Shown piece after piece: positions 23,847 to 36,246 of a stretch of DNA of 42,501 nucleotides. The stretch is from Octopus bimaculoides (taxonomy: Eukaryota). Under the pieces are notes generated by a model. It did no database searches. It saw only the letters and a program-made list of their open reading frames with translations, and had not been told where the DNA came from. The stretch spans positions 163,384,183 through 163,426,683 of the forward strand of contig NC_068983.1 of the NCBI RefSeq assembly GCF_001194135.2. The letters run 5' to 3'. Position 1 is the stretch's first letter; every line of letters begins with the position of its first letter. Both the position numbers and the translations under genes were made by a program.

Positions 23847-25752
23847 TAGGAGTAATAACAATGATAAATTTACAAACTGATATATGGTAATGCGTCATTA
23901 AGGGAGTGTTTAGACAATAAATTTAACTGGTACTGATGTTGGTTACCGAATGAGCAGCAAAGTCGATCCTATTGATATATATCACTGTTCTAATATTCGC
24001 CTTTCAAATGATTTATTATCAATTTTTTATTTAATGATCAGTGATCAGTAAGCTTTAAGACAAGTGGATGAAATATTCAAAACGAAAAGAATATCCTTGT
24101 TTCTGTCACAAAATCGTCGTAAGGAATTTTCATTGGAATTTTCTACATTCAGTTGAGGAAGAGATGTTCTATAAACTGTAGTCTGTTTTTGTAAAATAAT
24201 CTTTCTTTCTTTTTTAAACTTAACCTTTCAAATAAATATTACAAGAGAAAAGTGAGACGTACATGTTTTTTTTTAACATTAATTCAGTAAGCATTTTATG
24301 AAAAAATAATGGAAAATATACTCTTATCAGATTTAGAGTTATAATGAAATAAAATAAGGATAAAATGTAGATAACAATACGTACATTCATGGTGTATAAT
24401 ATCTTAATATCAGGAATAAAATAATGCATTTTTCATTTGATCTTTGAAACAAACCATCAAAGTTTGTAGGTTGAAACATGGTTCTGAGGGGAAGGAAAAA
24501 AAAGGAAACGAAACTAATCAGGAAGATTTATTGGAGTATTCCTTCAGTTGAAATTGGGTAAATATAAATCACCAATAATTTTTTAATAGGATGAGTTAAG
24601 CACGCAGTGAATCAAAGTGACTATTATCTTAAAAATATAAAACACGGAGAAAATGAAAGGATAAAAATGTTATGAAAGACAGTAAATATTTTTCCTTGAA
24701 AATAATCGGAATTTTCAAACCAAGTCCACAAATAAATAAAGGTTTTGTTCGATTATTTCACCTTTTGTAATCTATGTTCATTCATTAATTCAAACAATGT
24801 CAAAGAAAATTAGAATGTCATGTATCTTTTAGGGTGAATCGCTAGAAAAATAATAGAACAGCCATTAATATAAATAGGAGATGGGATGGTAGCAGTTAAA
24901 GTAAATAGAGATTAGAATAACACCAGCAAAAGCAATCAAGTTGCTATTATTAAAGTTGATGTATGGCCGAGAAGAATAGACAATCTGATACGTGGTAACA
25001 AGTTCTGCTATCTTCATTTTACTTTCATATTAGAAATCAATGCAACTACAACAAATTAAGTAATAACTTGTGTGCCAGGGTATTGTTAACTATTGATTTC
25101 TTTTCGAGATGTCGATTTAAAGTTTGCTTTCTTTGTCATATGCTAAGAAATATGAATAAATTCTTATCATTTTCTTTCAAATTATGGTATTATTTTCAAA
25201 CAGACTATCTTGTATAACTCTTTCTTCTCGGAGATATATGAACTTTACGAAACTATATAAATAGTGGAGAAGCAATTTGCTTCTGGGCATCAGGTTTCAA
25301 TCTTAAATCAAGCACAAAAGACATTTCCTCTTTTCAATAATTGAAGCCATTTCCTTTCTAAAAATTCTACACAGGAAAGTAAGAAGAATCAGTCATAGAC
25401 CAGAGCATGTACCATTCTGACTAAAACATCTTTAGAATCTTCTGGAGAATATACAATCTATTATTTATTTACTCATTTCCTTATTCTGCACTATACAAGA
25501 TCCGGAATACAGGATTAGACTAGAGAAAACATCGAAAAATACTTTCACTTCCGCCAGTTCATACATGTACTCTTTATCGAATCTGTTCGTTCAACTCTAT
25601 GCTGTGGACGAATAAATACAATGGTGCTTGCATTTCGATAAAGCATGGTGCTATTTGAAATTGCAGGAAAACGGGGAGTAGTCTCAGAATCTGTCTTGAT
25701 TTAACTAATATATTAATATACATACCTAAATGCATACACACATACGCACACA

Positions 25753-25806
<54 letters not shown>

Positions 25807-25807
<1 letters not shown>

Positions 25808-26142
25808 GAAGAGGAGACTCTCTTCAGTCATGACTGACCATGAGATTGCACCTATAAAGTTACCCTCCAAGGCACAAGTCCGGGTAAGGATGTTTGTGGA
25901 AGGCCAGCAGTCGCCCATGCATACCAGCCTCCCCTCTCCACGCCACCGATGTTACCCAAGGGAAAAGGCAAAGGAGCCGATACAGCTTGGCACCTGTGAC
26001 GAAGCGACTAATTTGTACAGCTGAGTGAACTGGAGCAACGTGAAATAAAGTGTCTTGCTCAAGAACACAACATGCAGCCCGGTCCGGGAATCGAACTCAC
26101 TACCTCACGATTGTACGCTTTAACCACTAAACCATGCGCCTT
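25807..26142 (-). mobile_element. SINE family C (tRNA-type head)
   Basis: Minus strand starts GGCGCATGGTTTAGTGGTT (A box) ..GAGTTCGATTCCC (B box) ..TTGAGCAAGACACTT; head shared with 38374. Confidence 0.85.
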
Positions 26143-26861
26143 TATATATATATATATATATNNNNNNNNNNNNNNNNNNNNNNNNNNNNNNNNNNNNNNN
26201 NNNNNNNNNNNNNNNNNNNNNNNNNNNNNNNNNNNNNNNNNNNNNNNNNNNNNNNNNNNNNNNNNNNNNNNNNNNNNNNNNNNNNNNNNNNNNNNNNNNN
26301 NNNNNNNNNNNNNNNNNNNNNNNNNNNNNNNNNNNNNNNNNNNNNNNNNNNNNNNNNNNNNNNNNNNNNNNNNNNNNNNNNNNNNNNNNNNNNNNNNNNN
26401 NNNNNNNNNNNNNNNNNNNNNNNNNNNNNNNNNNNNNNNNNNNNNNNNNNNNNNNNNNNNNNNNNNNNNNNNNNNNNNNNNNNNNNNNNNNNNNNNNNNN
26501 NNNNNNNNNNNNNNNNNNNNNNNNNNNNNNNNNNNNNNNNNNNNNNNNNNNNNNNNNNNNNNNNNNNNNNNNNNNNNNNNNNNNNNNNNNNNNNNNNNNN
26601 NNNNNNNNNNNNNNNNNNNNNNNNNNNNNNNNNNNNNNNNNNNNNNNNNNNNNNNNNNNNNNNNNNNNNNNNNNNNNNNNNNNNNNNNNNNNNNNNNNNN
26701 NNNNNNNNNNNNNNNNNNNNNNNNNNNNNNNNNNNNNNNNNNNNNNNNNNNNNNNNNNNNNNNNNNNNNNNNNNNNNNNNNNNNNNNNNNNNNNNNNNNN
26801 NNNNNNNNNNNNNNNNNNNNNNNNNNNNNNNNNNNNNNTATTAATATTTCTAAGTCTCTCT

Positions 26862-27078
26862 AAAGGAGACTACGGCAGCGGTACTGGAAATTAATAGTTA
26901 TCGCCAAGCCAACATGGCAGTCCCAAAATTAGGACGAAAGCTGCCTTGAATTAGCTCCAAGAAGCCATCGCCTCTAGCTAGCTATGTGGCACACGAAACC
27001 TGTGTCCTTTATAACCTTCGAACAGGGGAGGTTAGCAGTGTCTCCCTGCTGGTTTGGCATCTGCAGACTAGTTTCAGG
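26862..27078. repeat. Unclassified GC-richer block, probable interspersed repeat
   Basis: Sharp compositional island between a gap and (TA)n; no second copy in the window and no convincing ORF. Confidence 0.3.
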
Positions 27079-27082
27079 GTGT

Positions 27083-27117
<35 letters not shown>

Positions 27118-27914
27118 GCGTGTGTTTATTTGTATGCATCTCGTAACGATTTTATAAATGCTTACTTTATAATTATGTCTGTATATATGTGTCTTATAAA
27201 GTTGAACATCCATACCATTGTTCCTCGCATGGTATACTCATATCCGTTTCTCAACACGTACTCAGGGCAACTAATATTCACCGTTAAATTGTCATAAATT
27301 ACATTGAGTTGTATTATGTAAATACATATGGCAAAATACACAAACTTCCATCTCAACTGTTATTGTTATGATTATTTATAAGTTACTCCAAACTTATGTA
27401 GTAAACACTGCAGAAAAATATGGTAGAATGTAAGCTCAAATTGATTTAGTGGTCTTTCCAATATGCAATTTAAATTTAACCCAAATCTTGTGTCTCCGAG
27501 ACTGAAGCATGTCTGCAGGTCTGAAAGTTTATGAACCAGTGAATGAATACCTATTTAAAACTGCTCAGAATTAAGCAATGAGACCTCAGATGTCATAGTA
27601 GTGCTAAGCATAGTTGCGTGTGAGAGTGATTTTGTGTTGGGCAAATTGGAACAGACAACATACAGGATCGTAATTCCACCGGCCGGTGACACATCGATGC
27701 CATCGAAGTCATACACTGAAGAATACATCACTTTTCTCAGTGCAGATGATAAAGTAGAGACACACGACACATGCTGGTTGACAATTTTTCTAAAGCTAAA
27801 CCAGTTTTTGCTGTTATACACACACACACACACACACGCACACACACACACGCACGCACACACACACACACACACGCAAACACACACACACACACACACA
27901 CAGTCGATTCAAAC

Positions 27915-28028
27915 ATGAACAAGCAAGAACAAATACGAAAAAACAACAAGGCGAGGACGTAGTACATGTAAAGTATTGGCAGACGCTCAGGGAAGTAAAT
28001 TAAGGTGGCTTTACGTTTCGAGCAAAAC
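27915..28028 (-). mobile_element. Probable Penelope-like terminal repeat fragment (family P4) cut by a gap
   Basis: Minus strand begins at the gap with ..GCTC GAAA CG TA AAGCC, the 3' half of a minimal hammerhead. Confidence 0.4.
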
Positions 28029-29399
28029 NNNNNNNNNNNNNNNNNNNNNNNNNNNNNNNNNNNNNNNNNNNNNNNNNNNNNNNNNNNNNNNNNNNNNNNN
28101 NNNNNNNNNNNNNNNNNNNNNNNNNNNNNNNNNNNNNNNNNNNNNNNNNNNNNNNNNNNNNNNNNNNNNNNNNNNNNNNNNNNNNNNNNNNNNNNNNNNN
28201 NNNNNNNNNNNNNNNNNNNNNNNNNNNNNNNNNNNNNNNNNNNNNNNNNNNNNNNNNNNNNNNNNNNNNNNNNNNNNNNNNNNNNNNNNNNNNNNNNNNN
28301 NNNNNNNNNNNNNNNNNNNNNNNNNNNNNNNNNNNNNNNNNNNNNNNNNNNNNNNNNNNNNNNNNNNNNNNNNNNNNNNNNNNNNNNNNNNNNNNNNNNN
28401 NNNNNNNNNNNNNNNNNNNNNNNNNNNNNNNNNNNNNNNNNNNNNNNNNNNNNNNNNNNNNNNNNNNNNNNNNNNNNNNNNNNNNNNNNNNNNNNNNNNN
28501 NNNNNNNNNNNNNNNNNNNNNNNNNNNNNNNNNNNNNNNNNNNNNNNNNNNNNNNNNNNNNNNNNNNNNNNNNNNNNNNNNNNNNNNNNNNNNNNNNNNN
28601 NNNNNNNNNNNNNNNNNNNNNNNNNNNNNNNNNNNNNNNNNNNNNNNNNNNNNNNNNNNATATATATATATATATACATACTTGTGTACAGAAACACACA
28701 CTCACACACACAATATACATATATATACATACATTTTCTAATTGAAATTGTTTCGAATACACAGAGCTTACATTAAAACCTCTCATACATAATTATGTAC
28801 GTCTATACAAACATATATCCGTACACAAATACGTAGACATCAAAGGTTTTAATCGAATTTTGTTCAATATAAACGAAATGAATGCTTTTACTTTGAAATG
28901 AAAGTAAAATGAAATTTGTTTAATCAATGTAATAATACGTCTGAATTGTCGTAATGCAATTTAAATAGTTTCTTTATAAACACGGTTGTGTTCCATATGA
29001 AATCGTTGAAGTTCTTTCTGGTTTAACAATATAAATTATTAAAGATGCCACCAAACTTTCGATGGTATACGAAGATATACTTTCAGTTAAAGAATATTAT
29101 ATAATGTTTATCATTTATGAAAACAGTATTACGTTGCTGAATTGCCACTCTTTTGGATTCGTTTGCATCATATTCTTGGAAATATATATCTATAAGTACT
29201 CTACCGACCTTTCTGTGAATTTGTCTCTTGTTATTTAAGTTCTGTATTTTCAGTTGAAGCTTCGCACGCATGCACACACGACGCACACATACACGCACGC
29301 CATGCACACAGACACAGACACACAGACACACAGACACACACACACGCACATAAACAGACACAGCACGATTTGAACTTTGTTAGTGAACTGTTGTCCTCT

Positions 29400-30886
29400 T
29401 CAAGAAGAAATTTTTTTATTTCCCATTTTTGTGCGAAACGATTTAATTTGTGTAATTTATTTGTGAAATTAATTTCAACCGAAGAATGTCGGTTGAAATT
29501 ATACATAAGAGGTGTACTCTCGTAGAGAGTAAGCAAGAACATGTGAAAAAGTTCTCGGAGGTTGCTGCGGTGGCAACCAAAAATATCAACATTCCTGTCG
29601 ATCAGCTGGAAGGTTTATATAAAAGAATGAATGAGGAGGGCGGTGACGTTAAAATATCACCCTCTTCCAGTGTTTTCGACACAGAAAAACGGACCGTAGT
29701 GTTTAAATCCTTCTGCCCACAAAAAAGGTTTAACACTACGAGAAAGAGAAAATTGAAAAATGCCTGTCCGTGATATGGAAAGACGTAGCCTATATTGCAA
29801 GGAGACGGGCATACGGTACAGTTGAGGCCCACGGGCATTCCATGTATCCCTTGAAGACGAAGGAGGTGGTGCTTCTATCAACATACATGGGAAGGCGAAC
29901 TTCCCTTGTGAAGGTGACAAAAGTACCACCGGAGGTTGACCCGAAGGAGATAATGGCTGCCCTGTTGTTTAACAAGACGTACAGTATAAAAGTCTTTCAA
30001 ATTACATGCTCTACTTCCCAGAATTGGCTCGGGTGGAGCATTGCAGCAATTGTACAGGGGATGCAGGAAGACCTTCAGGAGCTTCCTGAAAGGGTCTCGT
30101 GGGCGAGAATGTGGCTCTTAGACTGCAGGTGGAAGGAAGAAAACCCACCTGCTATGAGTGTGCGAAAAACGGCCGCATTCGCATGGACTGCGAAACAAGG
30201 AAACAAAAAGAAAAAGAAAAGATGGGAAAAATGGCGCAGGCACCATAAAATCCCCAAATCGTCCCCAAAACTACGCATATACCAGAAAACCACAAAATAG
30301 TCCCTAAAACTACGCATATCCCAGAAAACCACAAAATAGTCCCTAAAACTACGCATATACCAGACCTCCACACAAGTAAAAATTCCCACTCCCCCGTCTT
30401 GCACGGATTCGTTGAGTGTCCGGAGTTATCGGGACTGATAGCTTTTGTCGAACAACTGCTGTCAGTGATGGGAAAAGTACAACTATCAGCTGAGTCTATC
30501 ATCGAGATTGTGCCACCTCCTTTCCTTAACAGGGAAAGAAGGCTTGTTTTCTCTGCGTAGTAGCCATACTGAAAGAAACAGTATGGAAGACGCGTGAGAA
30601 AGGTATAGTTCCAGGTACCTTTGTCTCTGGCCAGGGGTTGGTTAACTTTTTTAGTTACCACCTCGGTAGTAAGATCAGGCTGGAGAAGAAATGTCTGTCA
30701 CGAGATATGTTTGTGAAAAGATGGAACCCTGTGGTGAGCAAGCTGGGTGCGATTGGCACCAGGTAAGTGAGGTCGGGTTAAAAAGTAAAGGTCCTACCCT
30801 GATGGCTGGGTGCCTTTCTTTCAACGCTCTTCATTGCAGAACACAATGACTTATTTAAAATTTAAAATTTTTATTACATATTTCAT
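29400..30886 (+). mobile_element. Internally deleted L1/Tx1-type LINE: ORF1 remnant joined to ORF2 C-terminus
   Basis: Disrupted ORF1 (29486 onward) with zinc knuckle CYECAKNGRIRMDC at 30150-30191 (CX2CX4HX4C with H replaced by R); from about 30396 VLHGFVECP..AESIIEIVPPP..VAILKETVWKTR..KIRLEKKCLSRDMFVKRW, resembling an L1/Tx1 ORF2 end; no endonuclease or RT in between. Confidence 0.75.
30242..30364 (+). repeat. 39-bp tandem repeat, about 3 units, encoding (VPKTTHIPENHKI)n
   Basis: Units at 30261, 30300 and 30339 (partial) plus a degenerate half unit before. Confidence 0.92.
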
Positions 30887-31264
30887 NNNNNNNNNNNNNN
30901 NNNNNNNNNNNNNNNNNNNNNNNNNNNNNNNNNNNNNNNNNNNNNNNNNNNNNNNNNNNNNNNNNNNNNNNNNNNNNNNNNNNNNNNNNNNNNNNNNNNN
31001 NNNNNNNNNNNNNNNNNNNNNNNNNNNNNNNNNNNNNNNNNNNNNNNNNNNNNNNNNNNNNNNNNNNNNNNNNNNNNNNNNNNNNNNNNNNNNNNNNNNN
31101 NNNNNNNNNNNNNNNNNNNNNNNNNNNNNNNNNNNNNNNNNNNNNNNNNNNNNNNNNNNNNNNNNNNNNNNNNNNNNNNNNNNNNNNNNNNNNNNNNNNN
31201 NNNNNNNNNNNNNNNNNNNNNNNNNNNNNNNNNNNNNNNNNNNNNNNNNNNNNNNNNNNNNNNN

Positions 31265-31321
<57 letters not shown>

Positions 31322-31326
<5 letters not shown>

Positions 31327-31493
31327 TTCACACCCCATCGCTTGACAACTGATGTTGGTGTGTGTACATGCCCGAAACATAGCGGTTCGGCATAAGAAAA
31401 CGACGGAATAAGTACTAGGCTTACGAAGAATAAATCGATTAAAGGCGGTGCTCCAGCATGGCGGCAATCGAATGACTGAAACAAGTAAAAGTA
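31322..31493 (+). mobile_element. SINE family A, 3' part
   Basis: CATCGCTTGACAACTGATG..TAAAGGCGGTGCTCCAGCATGG..TGACTGAAACAAGTAAAAG, following (TG)n. Confidence 0.88.
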
Positions 31494-32099
31494 TATAGTT
31501 TTATCACGTATAAGGATTCGTTGGTTAACCCTGAAATGTGAACAATGAGTCATAGCCTAAATGGACGCCATGGAAGACAACAACTATATAACACACCATT
31601 TTTTGCATTTACATTTAGCCATCTCCTGTTTTGTGTATCACATTTGATGCATAGGACATATTTCCCTGGCGTCCCTGCAACGAATATGATCCACATGTTT
31701 TTAGAACCCCCAGAGTATCTTGGGACATGTGAAATGAAAGATTTATATTACAACGTATGAAACATAAGCTCACTACCAGTCTTAATGCAATCACGGACGT
31801 TTTCGATAAATATAAGAAAAAGATTTGGGCAGTGGAAAGATTAAAATATTTTGCATAAGGAATATATATTCACTGAGTCACTGAGTCACTCACTGAGTCA
31901 CTCACTCACTCGCTAACTCAATGCGCACAGCATTGTATTTGATAAGACATGAGACCTGTTAACACCTCCAACGTTTGTCACGCTGGCGACTTCGCCTCCC
32001 CATAATGATATCCTCTCGTCACAACCCACTATTCACGTTTTCTACTTTGCCTGAGATCGAAATAGGGAGCTACATCACATGAGGTGATTATTTGCAATA

Positions 32100-32507
32100 G
32101 GTACAGGCATGACTGCGTGGTGAGAAGTTTCGTTCTCAGTCACATAGTTCCAGGTTCAATCCCACTAGGTGGAAGCTTGGGCAAGTTTCTTCTAATATAG
32201 CCTCGGGTGGAAACTGGAAGAATCCCGTCGTGTTTATATATGTGTGTGTTTGTTTGTTTGTTTGCGTGTGTGTGAGTATATATGTGTGTGTTTGTGTTTT
32301 TGCCCCCAACACCGCTTGTCAACCGGTGCTGGTGTGTTTACATCCACGCCACTTAACGGTTCGGCAAAAGAGACGGATATGATTAGCACCAAGCTTAAAA
32401 CAAAAGCAAAGATACACTGGAGGAGATTTGTTCGTCTAAAATTCTTCAAGGCGGTGCCCAAGCATGGCCGCATTCTATTGACTGAAAGAAGTAAACGATA
32501 AGCAGAT
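32100..32507 (+). mobile_element. SINE family A, near full length, diverged
   Basis: Head GCATGACTGCGTGGTGAGAAG..CAGGTTCAATCCC (B box), CORE-like CTTGGGCAAG, internal (TG)n, tail AAGGCGGTGCCCAAGCATGGCCGC. Confidence 0.88.
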
Positions 32508-33002
32508 AACATGAAGACTAAGACCGTTGTTGTATAATTGTGTTAGGCACGGACAGAACGGCGCAATAGCAGTTGGTTATCAACTAGCCTTATCAAATAA
32601 GCAAACTGTGATTATTGTTATGGGTGTATACATCTAACCGTAATTAATAGTAACATCCCGAATAGAGATGTTCACCCATAATAATTAACCTGTATGAATT
32701 AAAAGAGAAGGCAGTTTGGCTTAATGTCAGTTATAATGTCGCTGTTTAGATTTAGATTGACTTAATGTTTCATAAGTATCCATTTAGCCAGAGATATGAT
32801 CGACTAGAATGCAATAACCTCGCCAGCTACCTAATGGCCGCTGTGTGAAGAGATAAAGCAATCATTTAATCAATTTTAATTCCACTCGCCATTCTTTCAA
32901 ACATTCTACATATAAACATGTATTCGATATTCAGCTTCCTCTTTCTTGCTCTCTATCCTTTGCACTCTCTCACTTTATTCTCTGGGTATACACACACACA
33001 CA

Positions 33003-33050
<48 letters not shown>

Positions 33051-34944
33051 NNNNNNNNNNNNNNNNNNNNNNNNNNNNNNNNNNNNNNNNNNNNNNNNNN
33101 NNNNNNNNNNNNNNNNNNNNNNNNNNNNNNNNNNNNNNNNNNNNNNNNNNNNNNNNNNNNNNNNNNNNNNNNNNNNNNNNNNNNNNNNNNNNNNNNNNNN
33201 NNNNNNNNNNNNNNNNNNNNNNNNNNNNNNNNNNNNNNNNNNNNNNNNNNNNNNNNNNNNNNNNNNNNNNNNNNNNNNNNNNNNNNNNNNNNNNNNNNNN
33301 NNNNNNNNNNNNNNNNNNNNNNNNNNNNNNNNNNNNNNNNNNNNNNNNNNNNNNNNNNNNNNNNNNNNNNNNNNNNNNNNNNNNNNNNNNNNNNNNNNNN
33401 NNNNNNNNNNNNNNNNNNNNNNNNNNNNNNNNNNNNNNNNNNNNNNNNNNNNNNNNNNNNNNNNNNNNNNNNNNNNNNNNNNNNNNNNNNNNNNNNNNNN
33501 NNNNNNNNNNNNNNNNNNNNNNNNNNNNNNNNNNNNNNNNNNNNNNNNNNNNNNNNNNNNNNNNNNNNNNNNNNNNNNNNNNNNNNNNNNNNNNNNNNNN
33601 NNNNNNNNNNNNNNNNNNNNNNNNNNNNNNNNNNNNNNNNNNNNNNNNNNNNNNNNNNNNNNNNNNNNNNNNNNNNNNATATATACATATATGTATGTCT
33701 CTCTCTCTACATGCATACATATATACATACATACATACATCCATATATACATACGCACAACCCCCCCCCCACATATATATATATATATATATAAACATAT
33801 AATGATGGATAATTTCAAAATAGAGAATTCAAGTTAAATGTAATGGAGGCTGAAATCCATTCAGTATATTTACATATATTTTATCTTCTAAAATATGGAG
33901 AAACTTGGGTTCATTTTTAATAAATCTGTATATTTTATTTACTATTTCCATTTACCGATTGAAGTTGACCTGTGCAAACCTCCATTCCATCAGGGGTCAC
34001 ATTCATCTAGGGTTCTATGTTAGCCCCTGCCATAAAACGTCTCCGCATTTTGCCTACAGCAAGAACCGAAGCTATTTTGTAGAACTGTAGAAGAACTTTT
34101 GTAGAAGAAAGAACATTCATTCTATTTCTCTGTATCAGTCTATGACACATGAGCTGTTTTTAGGATTGCGGTATCTTTTCCATGGACCTAAAGTAGAATT
34201 GGCTCTCGATTTTTTATTTTGCTTTCCTTCTCCTTCCTGTTAACTTAACCCAGGTCCTCGTTTTACGTTGTTCGACTTGACCTTTGACATCGTCCGTCAA
34301 TTTAATCGTTTTTAGTTTAAATTCTGTCGATGTGCATGATTATCAGAGACACTTCTAACCGTAACAAGATAGTGAAAGGCAAAGTAAGAAACAACTTCAG
34401 GCCAATTAGAACTGGGTTTTCCAGATAGTTGCATTAAACTGTGTCATAACCAGAACGTAGTTTTGTTACAAAATATTTGTCAAGTCATGAAATTAAATTT
34501 ACAATGAATTTACCAAGTGTGTGAATTTTTGATGACTTTTCAACGATGTTATTACGCCGGTTTCAACTCACAGTCTTAGACTACATCACGTGCCAGACAT
34601 GATGGTTTGAACTGCTACAGAAGAAATGAAACAAAAAAAGTGGTAAGTCGGCTGAGAATATTAGTTTTAGTTTTCCTCGGGATTACTGTATATTATGTAT
34701 TATTTAAGGAAAGGGAACTTGAGGAAAGCTACAGATTACACTTTAATAGTAGCCCAAGAACAAGGAATAAGGGAATGAGGAATCAGAAAACGAATAGCTA
34801 AGGAGAATATATCACCGTCATAACAATTATGTGGCGAATATAATAGAGTATGCATACGAAATAGGAAAATGCAAAAATTGCGGACATTGTAAAAGGTACA
34901 GAAACATAAAATATAAATAAAACCCCTAAAACTTGGCATGATTA

Positions 34945-36082
34945 AGTGTGAACCTAATGCGAGAAACAAGATTTATGCAATGAATATGTTAGCTTTGATT
35001 GTTGCGATCTGCTGCTTTAACACTATAAAATGGTCAATGAGTGCGATTAGTAGAAGTGGTACAAAAATACGCAAATTCCTCAAAATGTAATGAATGCATC
35101 ACACAAAGACAGATGTACATAAACTATACGTCTCACGAAAGGATGGAGGATGTGAACTGATGCAGCTGTAACTGATGCAGATGTAACTGATGCAGCTGTC
35201 TTTAAAGACAGCAACCATAGGGTTGACGTCTATCGAAAGAAAACCAACGATTGGTTGCTTAAAGTTGTATGCCAATATGAAAGTTCAATGATAAAAATGT
35301 ACTTAGTATCGTAAGGTGCAAAGAAAATGTGTTAGGAGTTGAATATCAACGAGATTTAAGCACAATTAGATGAAACAGATAAACCTGTTGTGATAGGAAA
35401 ACAAGTAAAAACTCAGGACAAATTAAATGAAATTTCAACAGTGCGAAGTACATGGAAATATACGGCTGGGCATGGGAAACACGCCGAAAGACCGACGCTT
35501 CTGACGCAGATACAAATATGAGCCATCAATAATTGGCTGCATCTGGACCTAAATCAGAAACACTAAGCTTTGTTATAATAGCTCAAGATCAGTGTCCGAC
35601 AACCAAAAACTGCCATGATAGACTTGGTCAGTATTTTCACTGGATCATATGCCGTAAGTATGGACTCTCAACCTAGAAAGGTCGGTGGGACCGCTGCCAA
35701 ACTAAAAGAAAAGAAAGACACTGTCGTTCTTTGGATCTTTACTATTCAAATCGATCATTGCTATACGAGCGATTAGACCGGATATTGTGATCAAAAGCAC
35801 CTTGACAAAACATGTCTGTTTATAGATATGCCGGTCCCACCAGACTGCAACACCTCTGTAAAAACAATTTAATTTTTAAAGGCTTTGGAATAGAGACCTC
35901 AAAAATGTGGCATCTAAGGACAACAACTATAACCGTAAATAGTCGGTGCTTTAGAGACAACATCAAAAAACGCTCCTAAGGACCATTTTCAACTCCCAGG
36001 ATATTCAAATGTATCAGAACTACAACAAATTGTTCTCGCAGATTCTGTTTACACCTCAAGAAAAACAAAATTGTCAGCTTGA
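34945..36082 (+). mobile_element. Degraded REL-endonuclease LINE (R4/Dong-like), RT C-terminal part to endonuclease
   Basis: Across frameshifts: EPNARNKIYAMNMLA..HHTKTDVHKLYVSRKDGG..SLKTATIGL..LAASGPKSETLSFVIIAQDQ..HDRLGQYFHWIICRKYGL..IRPDIVIK..CLFIDMPVP..KMWHLRTT..VGAL..ELQQIVL. Confidence 0.85.
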
Positions 36083-36246
36083 AAACACCCGATTCTCTTA
36101 AAACTCTATCAAAACTGAAATGCTACAAACTTCTTAGTTCTCAGACTGTGGCCTCCGTTCCCTTCAATATCGCATTGCTAATCACAAATGACACCCATAG
36201 TGAAAGGTCCAAGTTGCAGTTACTTGAGCTCTATGGGTGAGACTCG

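Noticed and set aside
26030-26142. tRNA gene (also 38374-38460 and 41420-41493)
   Set aside because: A and B boxes are present but there is no cloverleaf; they continue into SINE bodies.
26916-26945. GTCCCAAAATTAGGACGAAA resembling hammerhead stem II plus GAAA
   Set aside because: Upstream reads CATGGCA rather than CUGANGA; the region is better explained as a GGCAG/CTGCC hairpin.
30242-30364. CRISPR-like array
   Set aside because: Units are head-to-tail with no unique spacers, inside a eukaryotic LINE.
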